A stretch of DNA of 64,000 nt from a virus (IMGVR_UViG_3300033067_000181:8917-72916), one strand, 5' to 3'. Positions 1 through 9,753 are shown, numbered from the stretch's first letter. Numbers and translations: made by a program. The notes: generated by a model not told the origin, from the sequence alone.

Positions 1-8
1 TTGGCGGC

Positions 9-371
9 GTGCTCGGCGGAGCACTTGGTGCAGCCGGGGTAGGATGGGCCGGTAAAAAAAGTGGAGAAGCAGTAGCAGGCCAATTTGCAGAAGGCGGAAT
101 TGCGACTGGCCCTGCAAGTGGGTACACAGCGATGCTACACAACAGAGAATTAGTATTGCCCCTAACTGATAGCGGCGCACCAAAAGCAGGCACACAAGGG
201 ATAGAAGACTTAATGAAAATGTTCGGAATGGGCAACAAGTCAGCTGCACCAGCTGGCGGTGGAGAAATGGCAGAGCTTATTAAAGAACAAAACTCTAAGC
301 TAGACGACTTAATTAGAATTATGGGCGATAATAGAGACTATACTGAAAGACTTATGCACAACATGAGTTAA
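9..371 (+). CDS. 3' end of a truncated virion protein (tape-measure/baseplate-like C-terminus); gene begins upstream of the window
   Basis: ORF runs off the left edge; GGIATGPASGYTAMLHNRELVLPL resembles motifs recalled from large-phage tape-measure-like proteins. Confidence 0.45.
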   Translation: MLGGALGAAGVGWAGKKSGEAVAGQFAEGGIATGPASGYTAMLHNRELVLPLTDSGAPKAGTQGIEDLMKMFGMGNKSAAPAGGGEMAELIKEQNSKLDDLIRIMGDNRDYTERLMHNMS

Positions 372-376
372 TGCGG

Positions 377-382
377 TAAATA
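377..382 (+). promoter_or_regulatory. Late-promoter box TAAATA upstream of portal (representative of about 27 copies, see findings)
   Basis: Core of the T4 late consensus TATAAATA; intergenic, 25 nt before the ATG. Confidence 0.7.
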
Positions 383-407
383 TACAATCGCACGGAATTA
401 TTAAACA

Positions 408-2114
408 ATGTCTTGGAAAAAATATTTTAAATCAGCAAACTTACCGTCAAACGTAAGTCCTTTGGGCAATGGCAGAGCTATTGACCCTGGCTACCGCAAT
501 TACCAAAGCACATTGCCTGAAATTTACATCGGGCACCCAAACCGTATTGAGCGTTACAACCAGTACGAACAGATGGATATGGACAGTGAAGTTAATGCAG
601 CACTGGACATCTTAGCTGAGTTCTCTACACAAAAGAACTTGGAAAACAACACAGCATTTGACATTCACTTCAAAGACAAACCAACTGATAACGAAGTAAA
701 GATTATTAAAGAGCAACTACAACAATGGGTTGCCTTAAACGAATTTAACAAGCGTATCTTTAAGATTTTCCGTAACGTTATCAAATACGGCGATCAAGTA
801 TTCATCCGCGATCCAGAAACATTCAAACTGTTCTGGACTGAGATGAGTAAAGTTACTAAGGTTATCGTTAACGAAGCAGAAGGCAAGAAGCCTGAGCAAT
901 ACATTGTTAAAGACTTAAACCCTAACTTCCAGAACTTAACAGTTACAGCGGTTAGCACGAGCGATACATTCAGCAATCACCCACAAGTTGGTGGTCCTAG
1001 CGGCAGTTATGTACAGCCTAATGCACCATTTAGCGGTGGATCACGTTTCCAACACCAACAAAACGAAGCTGTAATTAATGCAGAACACGTTGTACACATC
1101 AGTTTAACAGAGGGCTTAGACGTATTTTGGCCTTTCGGTAACAGTGTATTAGAGAACGTTTTTAAGGTGTTTAAGCAAAAAGAATTGCTTGAAGATGCGA
1201 TTATTATCTACCGTGTACAACGTGCGCCAGAGCGCCGTGTATTTAAAATTGACGTAGGTAACATGCCAACACACATGGCGATGGCATTCGTTGACCGTAT
1301 TAAGAATGAAATTGCACAACGCCGTATTCCTACACAAACAGGTGGCGGCGGCAACATGATGGATGCTACATACAATCCATTAAGCACAAACGAAGATTAC
1401 TTCTTCCCAGTTACAGCAGACGGTCGTGGTTCTAGCGTTGAGCCATTGCCAGGCGGTCAGAACTTGGGCGAGATTACAGACTTACGATTCTTTACTAACA
1501 AGCTATTCCGTGGTTTGCGTATTCCATCTAGCTATTTGCCAACAGGCTTAGAAGACGGATCGCAAAGCATGAACGACGGTAAAGTTGGTACAGCTTTGAT
1601 CCAAGAATGGCGTTTTAACCAGTACTGTAAACGTTTACAATCTATGGTTGTAGACAAGCTAGACCAAGAATTTAAGATGTTTATGCGTTGGAGAGGTATT
1701 AATATTGACTCCAGCCTGTTTGATTTAATATTTGAAGAACCGCAGAACTTTGCAAGCTACAGCCAGGCAGAAGCTGACCAGGCCCGTATTGCAACATTTA
1801 CTCAATTAGAAGCATACCCTTACTTCTCTAAGCGTTGGTTGATGGAACGCTTCTTGGGCTTAAGTGAACAAGAAATGAACGACAACGAACGTCTATGGAA
1901 CGAAGAACAAGGTGACGTAGAAAGTGCCCCTGCAGAAGGTGCCGATCTACGTAGTGTGGGCGTAACTCCAGGTGGCATTAGCCAAGACTTAGAAGCGGTT
2001 GCACCACCACCGGGTGCTGAAGGCGATATGGGTGCAGCAGCCCCAGGAGAAATGGGTGCTGCACCGGGCGGCGCCCCTGCTCCAGCAGCGCCAGCAGCAG
2101 CCGCAGGTATCTAA
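408..2114 (+). CDS. gp20: Portal vertex protein (T4 gp20-like) with Pro/Ala/Gly-rich C-tail
   Basis: IYRVQRAPERRVFKIDVGNMP and EDYFFP motifs typical of T4 gp20; position before protease, scaffold and capsid. Confidence 0.93.
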   Translation: MSWKKYFKSANLPSNVSPLGNGRAIDPGYRNYQSTLPEIYIGHPNRIERYNQYEQMDMDSEVNAALDILAEFSTQKNLENNTAFDIHFKDKPTDNEVKIIKEQLQQWVALNEFNKRIFKIFRNVIKYGDQVFIRDPETFKLFWTEMSKVTKVIVNEAEGKKPEQYIVKDLNPNFQNLTVTAVSTSDTFSNHPQVGGPSGSYVQPNAPFSGGSRFQHQQNEAVINAEHVVHISLTEGLDVFWPFGNSVLENVFKVFKQKELLEDAIIIYRVQRAPERRVFKIDVGNMPTHMAMAFVDRIKNEIAQRRIPTQTGGGGNMMDATYNPLSTNEDYFFPVTADGRGSSVEPLPGGQNLGEITDLRFFTNKLFRGLRIPSSYLPTGLEDGSQSMNDGKVGTALIQEWRFNQYCKRLQSMVVDKLDQEFKMFMRWRGINIDSSLFDLIFEEPQNFASYSQAEADQARIATFTQLEAYPYFSKRWLMERFLGLSEQEMNDNERLWNEEQGDVESAPAEGADLRSVGVTPGGISQDLEAVAPPPGAEGDMGAAAPGEMGAAPGGAPAPAAPAAAAGI

Positions 2115-2128
2115 AGGTAAATAACTGT

Positions 2129-2371
2129 ATGTATGTAATGGAAATTTTTGATGGCAACAATGACTTACCGGGTCATCGCTCTGAAAAGGACGATAACTCC
2201 GTAGTTAAACTTGGCGACATGCGTAAGACTAAGCTAACTCTAGCTCACATCAACAAGTTACGCATGGCAAATGACATTCGAAAATTTGAACATGAAGACA
2301 AACTCAAGAAGGTATCTAAGCAGTACAAGGCTGCTCCAGAAGGCGGCGGCATGGGCGCTCCTGGTATCTAA
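2129..2371 (+). CDS. Small hypothetical head-module protein
   Basis: 80-aa ORF between portal and core gene, preceded by TAAATA at 2118-2123. Confidence 0.7.
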   Translation: MYVMEIFDGNNDLPGHRSEKDDNSVVKLGDMRKTKLTLAHINKLRMANDIRKFEHEDKLKKVSKQYKAAPEGGGMGAPGI

Positions 2372-2467
2372 TTCTTAAAATCCTTCAAAAAACACCGATA
2401 TTAAGTAGAAATCTGCGTAGATTAGTAAATAATTTACAAGCCATATTATTGAAAGGACATTTTTAAT

Positions 2468-3532
2468 ATGAACAAATACGAACAGTTGATTGAACACATT
2501 ATCAACGAAAACGAACAAGCAGCTCGTGAGCTTTTTCACTCTATTGTAGTTGAAAAGTCTCGTGAGATTTATGAAAGCCTGATGGACGAAGATCAAGTTG
2601 ACGAAAACATTGATCAGTACGACCAACAAGGCGACCTAGCACAAGACGTAGCTAGCGACGAAACCCACGGTTTAGGTGAAGACGACCTAGAAGGTGGCGA
2701 TATTGAATTAGACGGCGGCGACGAGTTTGGTGGCGACGATCTAGGTGGTGACGACATGGGCGGTATGGACGACATGGGCGGTGATGACTTAGGTGGCGAC
2801 ATTGGCGGCGGCGATGCTGAAGGTGAATTCCAAAACATCCGTGATGCAATCGACAGCTTAGAAGCTGAGTTTGCTAAACTAACTGGCGGCGAAGGTGACA
2901 ACCAAAGCGGTACAGGTTCTGCAGAATTTGGTGGCGACGAAGACGGTCAAAGCGGTACTGGCTCTGATGAGTTCGGTGGTGCAGACGGTGCTGAAGACGA
3001 AGCCGGCGCAGAAGACGAAATGTTTGCCGAAGGTGAAAATCCATTTGCTAAGAAAGGTTCTGGCGCAAGCGGATCTGGTAAGAGCGGAAGCGGCAAGTCT
3101 GGTTCTGGCAAAAGCGGTTCTGGTAAGATGACTGAAGCAGAAATGATGCGTGAATACGTTGAAAAAGTTGCTGCTCCAGCTAACACAGAAGGTACAGCAG
3201 TTGGTACAGGCAACAAGACTCCTAAAGTTTCTGTTAACACAAAGAACCCACTAGCAGGTAAGAACGACATGGGCGGTTCTGCAAAGAACATCGCTAATGG
3301 CAAGTCTGACGCAGGTGATGTTGATGGTAACAGCACAAAAGCTAAAGCAGGTGGTTTTGTTAAACCAGCACAAGAAATTGATGTTGCAAAGCGTAACGTA
3401 AACAAAGTTGGCGGCAACAAAGGCGCTCAAGACTTCTATAACACTAAAGCTAAAGGTAAAGACGCTGAAGGTAGCACTACCGACGGTAACTTGAGTGTTA
3501 ACAAGAAGAGCCTTGAAGGCGGCCGTAAGTAA
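2468..3532 (+). CDS. Acidic, low-complexity prohead core protein (gp67/68-like position)
   Basis: Asp/Gly/Glu-rich N-half, Lys/Gly/Ser-rich C-half; synteny between portal and protease; AAGGA SD. Confidence 0.65.
   Translation: MNKYEQLIEHIINENEQAARELFHSIVVEKSREIYESLMDEDQVDENIDQYDQQGDLAQDVASDETHGLGEDDLEGGDIELDGGDEFGGDDLGGDDMGGMDDMGGDDLGGDIGGGDAEGEFQNIRDAIDSLEAEFAKLTGGEGDNQSGTGSAEFGGDEDGQSGTGSDEFGGADGAEDEAGAEDEMFAEGENPFAKKGSGASGSGKSGSGKSGSGKSGSGKMTEAEMMREYVEKVAAPANTEGTAVGTGNKTPKVSVNTKNPLAGKNDMGGSAKNIANGKSDAGDVDGNSTKAKAGGFVKPAQEIDVAKRNVNKVGGNKGAQDFYNTKAKGKDAEGSTTDGNLSVNKKSLEGGRK
3068..3127 (+). repeat. Tandem SGSGK peptide repeats in core protein
   Basis: Translation GSGKSGSGKSGSGKSGSGK, with synonymous divergence at DNA level. 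Confidence 0.85.
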
Positions 3533-3545
3533 TTAGGACAATAAT

Positions 3546-4172
3546 ATGGCTTTGTACCTAAGAGAAAACCTTACATTCGATCGTGCCAACATTATCGTTG
3601 AGTCCGAAGGTGATGGTAAGAATCTCAAAATGAAAGGGATATTCATCCAGGGAGGCGTGAAGAACGCTAACCAACGTGTATATCCAGTTCATGAAATTGA
3701 AAAGGCCGTATCCACCATTAACGAACAGATTAGTGGTGGATACAGTGTCTTGGGCGAAGTCGACCATCCTGATGATTTAAAGATTAATTTAGATCGTGTC
3801 TCCCACATGATTGAAAAAATGTGGATGGACGGTCCTTGCGGATACGGTACTCTAAAAATCCTACCAACACCAATGGGTGAACTTGTTAAGTCAATGTTAA
3901 CTAGTGGTGTTAAGTTGGGTGTTAGCAGCCGTGGATCCGGTAACGTTAATGAAAGTAGCGGTCACGTAAGTGATTTTGAAATCATTACAGTAGACATTGT
4001 GGCACAACCCTCTGCTCCTAATGCTTATCCTAAAGCAATTTATGAAAGCCTTATGAATATGAAGGGCGGTTCGCAAATATTTGAGATGGCTCGTGATGCC
4101 TCTCAAGATCAAAAAGTACAAAAGTACATGAAAGAAGCAATTACCCGCTTCATCAAAGACCTTAAAGTATAA
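3546..4172 (+). CDS. gp21: Prohead maturation protease (T4 gp21-like)
   Basis: GIFIQGGVKNANQRVYP, LGEVDHP and GVSSRGSG motifs of the gp21 family. Confidence 0.92.
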   Translation: MALYLRENLTFDRANIIVESEGDGKNLKMKGIFIQGGVKNANQRVYPVHEIEKAVSTINEQISGGYSVLGEVDHPDDLKINLDRVSHMIEKMWMDGPCGYGTLKILPTPMGELVKSMLTSGVKLGVSSRGSGNVNESSGHVSDFEIITVDIVAQPSAPNAYPKAIYESLMNMKGGSQIFEMARDASQDQKVQKYMKEAITRFIKDLKV

Positions 4173-4186
4173 CAGGAGAAAACCTA

Positions 4187-5296
4187 ATGTTAGATGCTAT
4201 CAAACCATTGCTAGATAGTGGCATTATTAACGAAAGCACTCAACAGGCTATCAATGAGGCTTGGGAAGCTCGTCTTTCCGAAGCTAAAGAGAGTGCCCGT
4301 GCAGAACTTCGTGAAGAATTTGCACAACGCTATCAGCATGACAAACAAGTCATGGTTGAGGCTCTAGACAAAATGGTAACAGAAGGTCTAACTGCTGAAC
4401 TAGCTGAATTCCAAACGGAAAAGCAAGCTCTTGCAGAAGACCGTGTTAAGTTCAAAGTTCACATGAACGAGTCTGCTAAGAAGTTTAACAGCTTCATGGT
4501 AAGCAAGTTAAGTGAAGAAATCCAAGAACTTCGTAAGGATCGTCAAGTTTATGAAAACTCTATCGGTAAGCTAGAGTCATTTGTAATCAAGGCCCTTGCA
4601 GAAGAAATCCAAGAGTTTGAACAAGACAAGAAAGCTGTAGTTGAAACTAAAGTCCGCTTAATTGCTGGTGCTAAAGAGAAGCTATCTGAACTACAACAGC
4701 AATTCATTGCTCGTAGTGCAGGCCTTGTAAAGGAAGCTGTTGCCAAGAATTTAGAGTCAGAGTTGACTCAACTAAAAGAAGACATCCAAGTTGCTCGCGA
4801 GAACATGTTTGGTCGTCGCCTATTTGAAGCTTTTGCTAGCGAATTCAGCGTTACTCACTTAAATGAGAACAAAGAAATTGCTAAGTTACAAGCCGCATTG
4901 ACACAGACTAAGCAACAAGTTGCTGAAGCTCGTCGTGTAGCTGCTGAGAAGGCAACCTTAGTTGAATCAAAAGAAAGAGAGATTCGTGTAATCAAGGAAT
5001 CTGCAGATCGTAAGTCTTTAATGGCTGATCTAATGAAACCGTTGAGCAAAGAGAAAGCCGCTGTAATGAGCGAGCTACTTGAAAGTGTCCAAACAAGTAA
5101 ATTGCAAGGCGCTTACGAAAAATATCTACCAGCTGTATTGAACAATAAAGCCAGCGTAGCCGCACCTGCTCCACAAAAGCAGATGGTTAACGAGAGCCGT
5201 GTTGAAGTCACTGGAGATAAGGCTGCTAAGAACGCCGCGGAAACAAGAGTTGACACTAATGTCATCGACTTGAAGCGTTTAGCAGGGCTAAAATAA
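4187..5296 (+). CDS. gp22: Prohead scaffold protein (gp22-like), coiled coil
   Basis: Helical Glu/Lys/Ala-rich protein between protease and capsid; GGAG SD. Confidence 0.8.
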   Translation: MLDAIKPLLDSGIINESTQQAINEAWEARLSEAKESARAELREEFAQRYQHDKQVMVEALDKMVTEGLTAELAEFQTEKQALAEDRVKFKVHMNESAKKFNSFMVSKLSEEIQELRKDRQVYENSIGKLESFVIKALAEEIQEFEQDKKAVVETKVRLIAGAKEKLSELQQQFIARSAGLVKEAVAKNLESELTQLKEDIQVARENMFGRRLFEAFASEFSVTHLNENKEIAKLQAALTQTKQQVAEARRVAAEKATLVESKEREIRVIKESADRKSLMADLMKPLSKEKAAVMSELLESVQTSKLQGAYEKYLPAVLNNKASVAAPAPQKQMVNESRVEVTGDKAAKNAAETRVDTNVIDLKRLAGLK

Positions 5297-5323
5297 TAAA
5301 CCCTAATTAGGAGAAATGAAATT

Positions 5324-6514
5324 ATGACAACCGCATTACTAGAAAGCCGTTGGGGCGAAACCAAAGAAGCCCTGTTAGAAGGCTTGAATGGTTCTAAGAG
5401 AACTACAATGGGTGTGATCCTTGAGAACACTCGCAAGATGTTGAGCGAATCTGCTACAGCAGGTGGTACAGCAGCAGGTAGCGTAGCTACACTTAACCGT
5501 GTTATTCTACCAGTTATCCGCCGTGTTATGCCTACTGTTATTGCTAACGAGCTAGTTGGTGTTCAACCAATGACTGGCCCAGTTGCACAGATCCATACTC
5601 TACGTGTACGTTACGCTGATGGCGTTACACACAGTGGCGACAGCAGCCAAACTACTGCTGCTGGTGATGAGGCATTGAGCCCATTCAAGATCGCTACTCA
5701 GTATTCTGGAAGCACATTCCAAGGTACTGGCGCTGGCAAAGCTAACAGCACTGCTACAATGGAAGGCGTACCTGGTAACCGTATCAACGTACAAATCTTG
5801 AAACAAGTTGTTGAAGCTAAGACACGTAAATTGTCTGCACGTTGGACATTTGAAGCTGCTCAAGACGCACAAGCTATGCACGGTTTGGACGTTGAAGCAG
5901 AAGTTATGGCTGCTTTGGCACAAGAAATTACAGTTGAAATCGACCAAGAGATCTTAGGTTCTCTACGTTCGTTGGCAGCTACTGAGTACACATACAACCA
6001 AGCTACCGTTTCTGGTACTGCTACATTCGTTGGTGACGAACACGCTGCTCTAGCTGTTTTGATCAACCGTGCTAGCAACTTGATCGCACAACGCACACGT
6101 CGTGGTGCTGGTAACTGGGCTGTTGTTTCTAGCGCCGCATTGACAGTATTGCAATCTGCAACTACTTCTGCCTTCGCTCGTACAACAGAAGGTACATTCG
6201 AAGCTCCTACAAACACTAAGTTTGTTGGTACTTTGAACGGTGCTATGCGTGTATACGTAGACGGCTACGCACAAGACAGCCAAGCTGTTCTAGTTGGTTA
6301 CAAGGGTTCTAGCGAAGCAGACGCTGCTGCGTTCTATTGCCCATACGTACCATTGATGAGCTCCGGTGTTGTACTAGATCCATCTACATTCGAACCAGTA
6401 GTTGGCTTCATGACTCGTTATGGTTATGTTGAGTTGACAAACACAGCTAGCTCTTTGGGCAACGCTGCTGACTACTTGGCAGAAATCGCTGTAAGCAACT
6501 TGAGCTTCCAGTAA
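5324..6514 (+). CDS. gp23: Major capsid protein (T4 gp23-like)
   Basis: VGVQPMTGP, KTRKLSARWT, ALAQEITVEID, FYCPYVPL and GFMTRYG motifs; AGGAG SD. Confidence 0.96.
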   Translation: MTTALLESRWGETKEALLEGLNGSKRTTMGVILENTRKMLSESATAGGTAAGSVATLNRVILPVIRRVMPTVIANELVGVQPMTGPVAQIHTLRVRYADGVTHSGDSSQTTAAGDEALSPFKIATQYSGSTFQGTGAGKANSTATMEGVPGNRINVQILKQVVEAKTRKLSARWTFEAAQDAQAMHGLDVEAEVMAALAQEITVEIDQEILGSLRSLAATEYTYNQATVSGTATFVGDEHAALAVLINRASNLIAQRTRRGAGNWAVVSSAALTVLQSATTSAFARTTEGTFEAPTNTKFVGTLNGAMRVYVDGYAQDSQAVLVGYKGSSEADAAAFYCPYVPLMSSGVVLDPSTFEPVVGFMTRYGYVELTNTASSLGNAADYLAEIAVSNLSFQ

Positions 6515-6565
6515 TCTTCTACCCAGGGATGGGAAGACCTGATAGCACCGAAAGGTGCTATTAAT

Positions 6566-6593
6566 AAAAAGCCCCTTAATTTGGGGCTTTTTT
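6566..6593 (+). terminator. Rho-independent terminator after major capsid gene
   Basis: aaaaagcccc-ttaattt-ggggcttttt-t. Confidence 0.85.
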
Positions 6594-6624
6594 GTTGGCG
6601 TAAGTTTTTGCTATTAAATACAAA

Positions 6625-7506
6625 ATGAAATCAATATTCCGTTACTCACCAAAAGACATATATCTTATCTTGTATGCTTTCTTTTTGTTCTGCGTTCCTT
6701 ACACACTAGCAGTATGGACTCCGTCATTTGCGTGGATACTTGTTATAAGTTTTTTCCAGGTCTGGTTTATTGTTAATTGTCAAAACAGTTCTTTGCATCA
6801 TCATACACACTGGACAACATTTAAAAGTTCTACACTAAACAGAATCTACGAATTGTTTTTAAGTGCAGTTACTGGCATTCCGCAGAATGCATGGAAAAAT
6901 ACGCACATGCTGCACCACAGGCATGTAAACGATAAACCTAATCATACAGGTGCTACACAAGATCCAGTTAGTGTTTATCGCGGAAGACGCGATGGTGAGC
7001 TAGTAAACTTTTGGGTTTACTGTTATAGGATGACAGTATTTTTCCAAATTAAAAACTTCTTTATTGCATCGCCAAGAAGAATACAAATTGATGAGTTCAA
7101 TAAAAGATACAACAGAGAGCTATGGGCATTTAGGCTTTACATATTGTCAGTGATTGCAATTAATCCATTGTTTGGATTGTGGACAGCTCTAGTATATGCT
7201 TTGGCCTTTTTTGTAAACAATGCTAACAGCTACGGCGAGCATTGGGGTGCGTTAAATAGACGTGGTGATACAACACAAGATAGTATCGGCATCTACAGTA
7301 AGTGGTACAATATTTTTGGTTTTAATGCAGGGCTGCATCAAGAACATCACCACAAGCCGGGTGTACACTGGACTAAGTTACCTGAAGTCACTCCTTTACT
7401 AAACCCCGATAGAGTTATTGTTAAGCACGGCGTTCATATCACAAACAATCCTTTTTGGAGTCACTTTGTTGCACTTATTAAAGGTGAAAAGGTATATCCT
7501 AAATAA
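6625..7506 (+). CDS. Membrane-bound fatty-acid desaturase family protein
   Basis: Three His boxes (HHHTH, HMLHHRH, HQEHHH) separated by hydrophobic segments. Confidence 0.85.
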   Translation: MKSIFRYSPKDIYLILYAFFLFCVPYTLAVWTPSFAWILVISFFQVWFIVNCQNSSLHHHTHWTTFKSSTLNRIYELFLSAVTGIPQNAWKNTHMLHHRHVNDKPNHTGATQDPVSVYRGRRDGELVNFWVYCYRMTVFFQIKNFFIASPRRIQIDEFNKRYNRELWAFRLYILSVIAINPLFGLWTALVYALAFFVNNANSYGEHWGALNRRGDTTQDSIGIYSKWYNIFGFNAGLHQEHHHKPGVHWTKLPEVTPLLNPDRVIVKHGVHITNNPFWSHFVALIKGEKVYPK

Positions 7507-7589
7507 ATATATTGTTCACTCTTAACTGAGAGTTTATGCAGTTACCCAACTGCGTAGGCCTAGAACGCCAAACATTAAGGAGAAACAAC

Positions 7590-8261
7590 ATGGGACGTCC
7601 ATTAAAAAAGACATTTTTCGGTTCATTTAACACTGACGGAGTTGGTGGTGAAGGCGTAGCAACAGCTACCGTTGGTACACAAGGTGAAGGTTACTCTGCA
7701 TCCACAGCAGTAGTTACATTCGGTGCACCACAAATTGCAGGTGGTTCCGCAGCAACTGGTACCGTAGTTATTGGTAACGTTACACTAGGTAACATTGCAG
7801 GTGTAACCGTGACTAGTGCTGGATCTGGTTATACATCAGCTCCAACTTTTACTATCACAGGTGCAAACACTACACCAGCTAATACTTTTGCAACAACTTT
7901 AACAAGTAATGCAGTATTGAATGCTATCAACGCAAACGCTTGGGTAACTGGCGCAACCGTTGGTAAAGCAGCAGACATTGTTAAACAAGCAGGATCTCGT
8001 TCATTCCGTGTTACAAACGCTGACGGAACAAGCAATTGCAAATTGGTAACAACCGCTGCACCAGCAGCAGCAGGCGAAATGACTATTACTGCTACTTTTG
8101 CAGACAACAGCACTTTCTCTATTGCTAAAATCACTGAAAACTTGGTATATGATGCAGAAGGTAACGCATACCGCTGGGCCGATTACTCTGGTAGTAAGCC
8201 TACTTTTGCTACAGCAAGCAATGCCACAGTTCCAGTAACTGTGTCGATTAGCAACAACTAA
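7590..8261 (+). CDS. Thr/Ala/Gly-rich virion structural protein (start reassigned to MGRPLKK)
   Basis: AAGGAG SD at about 7577-7582; own TAAATA box and terminator; beta-rich composition. Confidence 0.7.
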   Translation: MGRPLKKTFFGSFNTDGVGGEGVATATVGTQGEGYSASTAVVTFGAPQIAGGSAATGTVVIGNVTLGNIAGVTVTSAGSGYTSAPTFTITGANTTPANTFATTLTSNAVLNAINANAWVTGATVGKAADIVKQAGSRSFRVTNADGTSNCKLVTTAAPAAAGEMTITATFADNSTFSIAKITENLVYDAEGNAYRWADYSGSKPTFATASNATVPVTVSISNN

Positions 8262-8277
8262 GATTATCTTAGACCAT

Positions 8278-8304
8278 AATAGCGCCTTCGGGCGCTATTT
8301 TTTT
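8278..8304 (+). terminator. Rho-independent terminator
   Basis: aatagcgcc-ttcg-ggcgctatt followed by T-run. Confidence 0.9.
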
Positions 8305-8355
8305 GGACGTTGCAGTTTTACATCTAAGATAAATATCTAATAACGGAATTTATAA

Positions 8356-8973
8356 ATGTCATTAAATACACGGTTTAACGGAACTTGGAACATTATTGGT
8401 CACGAGACCACAAGTAATGTGCAAGTGGCCGCACACTCATTTATTGTTACAGGTAATTTGAAAGTACTTGGTACAGTGTCGAACATTTCATCGACTAATA
8501 CTCAAATCACCGATAACATTGTAACCTTGAATCAAGGAGAAACAGGTTTCGGGGTTACTCCAGTGTATTCCGGACTTGAAGTTGACCGTGGTCAGCTTGC
8601 TAAAACAGCATTACGATGGAACGAATCGTTGACTCGTTGGGAATTAACATCTGACGGTTCGGTATACATGCCAATTGTTACTGGTGTAAAAGGTATCGAG
8701 GGTGTATTCCAAGATCCTGCTCCGCAGTTAGGTGGTAACCTAGACGTATTAGCTAGAACTATTTTTAGTTCAAATACTCAGGTTGTTAAATTTGACACTA
8801 ACCTTGCAGTTAAAAACACAACAGTTGCTCCAAGTACGTTAAGTGGGTACAACACTGTTTATTCACAAACCCCCAATGGTGGCGGCAGCGGCTTATTTGT
8901 TACAAACACAACCAAACAACAACAAGAACTAATCACAAAGAGTAAAGCAGTATTTTACTCATTGATGATGTAA
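8356..8973 (+). CDS. Virion structural protein (fibre-associated)
   Basis: Shares DNIVTLN..E...G..VDRG-type fibre motifs and DPAPQLGGNLD; late box at 8330-8335. Confidence 0.65.
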   Translation: MSLNTRFNGTWNIIGHETTSNVQVAAHSFIVTGNLKVLGTVSNISSTNTQITDNIVTLNQGETGFGVTPVYSGLEVDRGQLAKTALRWNESLTRWELTSDGSVYMPIVTGVKGIEGVFQDPAPQLGGNLDVLARTIFSSNTQVVKFDTNLAVKNTTVAPSTLSGYNTVYSQTPNGGGSGLFVTNTTKQQQELITKSKAVFYSLMM

Positions 8974-8981
8974 GGATTATT

Positions 8982-9290
8982 ATGATTACTAGTACACCAC
9001 TAACAACAACAAACGCAAACATCCTAGCAGGTACTACCACAGTCACTAGAGGCGTTACAGCAATGTATTTGTGTAACACAACTGGATCGGCTGTAACCGC
9101 AAACGTATTTTTAGTACCATCGGGCGGTACACCTGATGCATGTCCGATTTACAATACTTTGTCAATTGCAGCCAATGACACCCATGTGTCCGACACTGAA
9201 CGTATTGTATTAGACGATGGTGATGCTTTGTGGGCCAATTGCAGTGTTAACGGTGCGGTTGTGTTTACTATCAGCTCTACAGGAGCTTAA
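8982..9290 (+). CDS. Small beta-rich structural protein
   Basis: ORF in structural operon with AAGGA SD. Confidence 0.65.
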   Translation: MITSTPLTTTNANILAGTTTVTRGVTAMYLCNTTGSAVTANVFLVPSGGTPDACPIYNTLSIAANDTHVSDTERIVLDDGDALWANCSVNGAVVFTISSTGA

Positions 9291-9293
9291 TAT

Positions 9294-9722
9294 ATGGCCC
9301 GCTTTCTTAAAAACGCACAAATTCGTACAGGTAGCTACGCTGTGCAATTGCCATTGGGTACCAACAGTTTAGGTCCTGATGCTCCAGTTAACGGCCAAAT
9401 TCGCTACAACCAATCTAACAATAAGATTGAATTCTTTTATAACAGTCTTTGGAACCAAGTTGCTAAGATTGGTTCTGTTGCTTTAACAATTGATGAATTC
9501 ACTGGCGACAATTCAACAGTAAACTTCACAATGAGTCAAAGTGAAAGTGATGCAAAAAATGTATTGGTAACTATTAGCGGTGTTTACCAAGCACCGGTTA
9601 ACAACTACACAGTATCCGGCACACAACTATCATTTACAAGTGCGCCACCAGCAGTTGATGCAAGCGGTAACCCAAACAAGATTATCGTAGTCCACAATAT
9701 TAACTCAACTGATGCAGCTTAA
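9294..9722 (+). CDS. Structural protein with GQIRYN and FTGD...SGVYQAP...YTVSG..LSF..AP modules
   Basis: Modules recur in the next two fibre genes. Confidence 0.7.
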   Translation: MARFLKNAQIRTGSYAVQLPLGTNSLGPDAPVNGQIRYNQSNNKIEFFYNSLWNQVAKIGSVALTIDEFTGDNSTVNFTMSQSESDAKNVLVTISGVYQAPVNNYTVSGTQLSFTSAPPAVDASGNPNKIIVVHNINSTDAA

Positions 9723-9753
9723 AAAGCTGCTAAATATAGAAACGGAGAGTTAA

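Noticed and set aside
2103-2371. Shared GGTATCTAA ending of portal and the next small ORF
   Set aside because: Only 9 nt; too short to support a duplication
6512-6628. 37 sense codons after the capsid TAA (possible read-through extension)
   Set aside because: Length is compatible with chance and the frame crosses a strong terminator
7523-7567. CTGAGAG resembling a hammerhead core
   Set aside because: Does not fit CUGANGA and there is no GAAA after stem II
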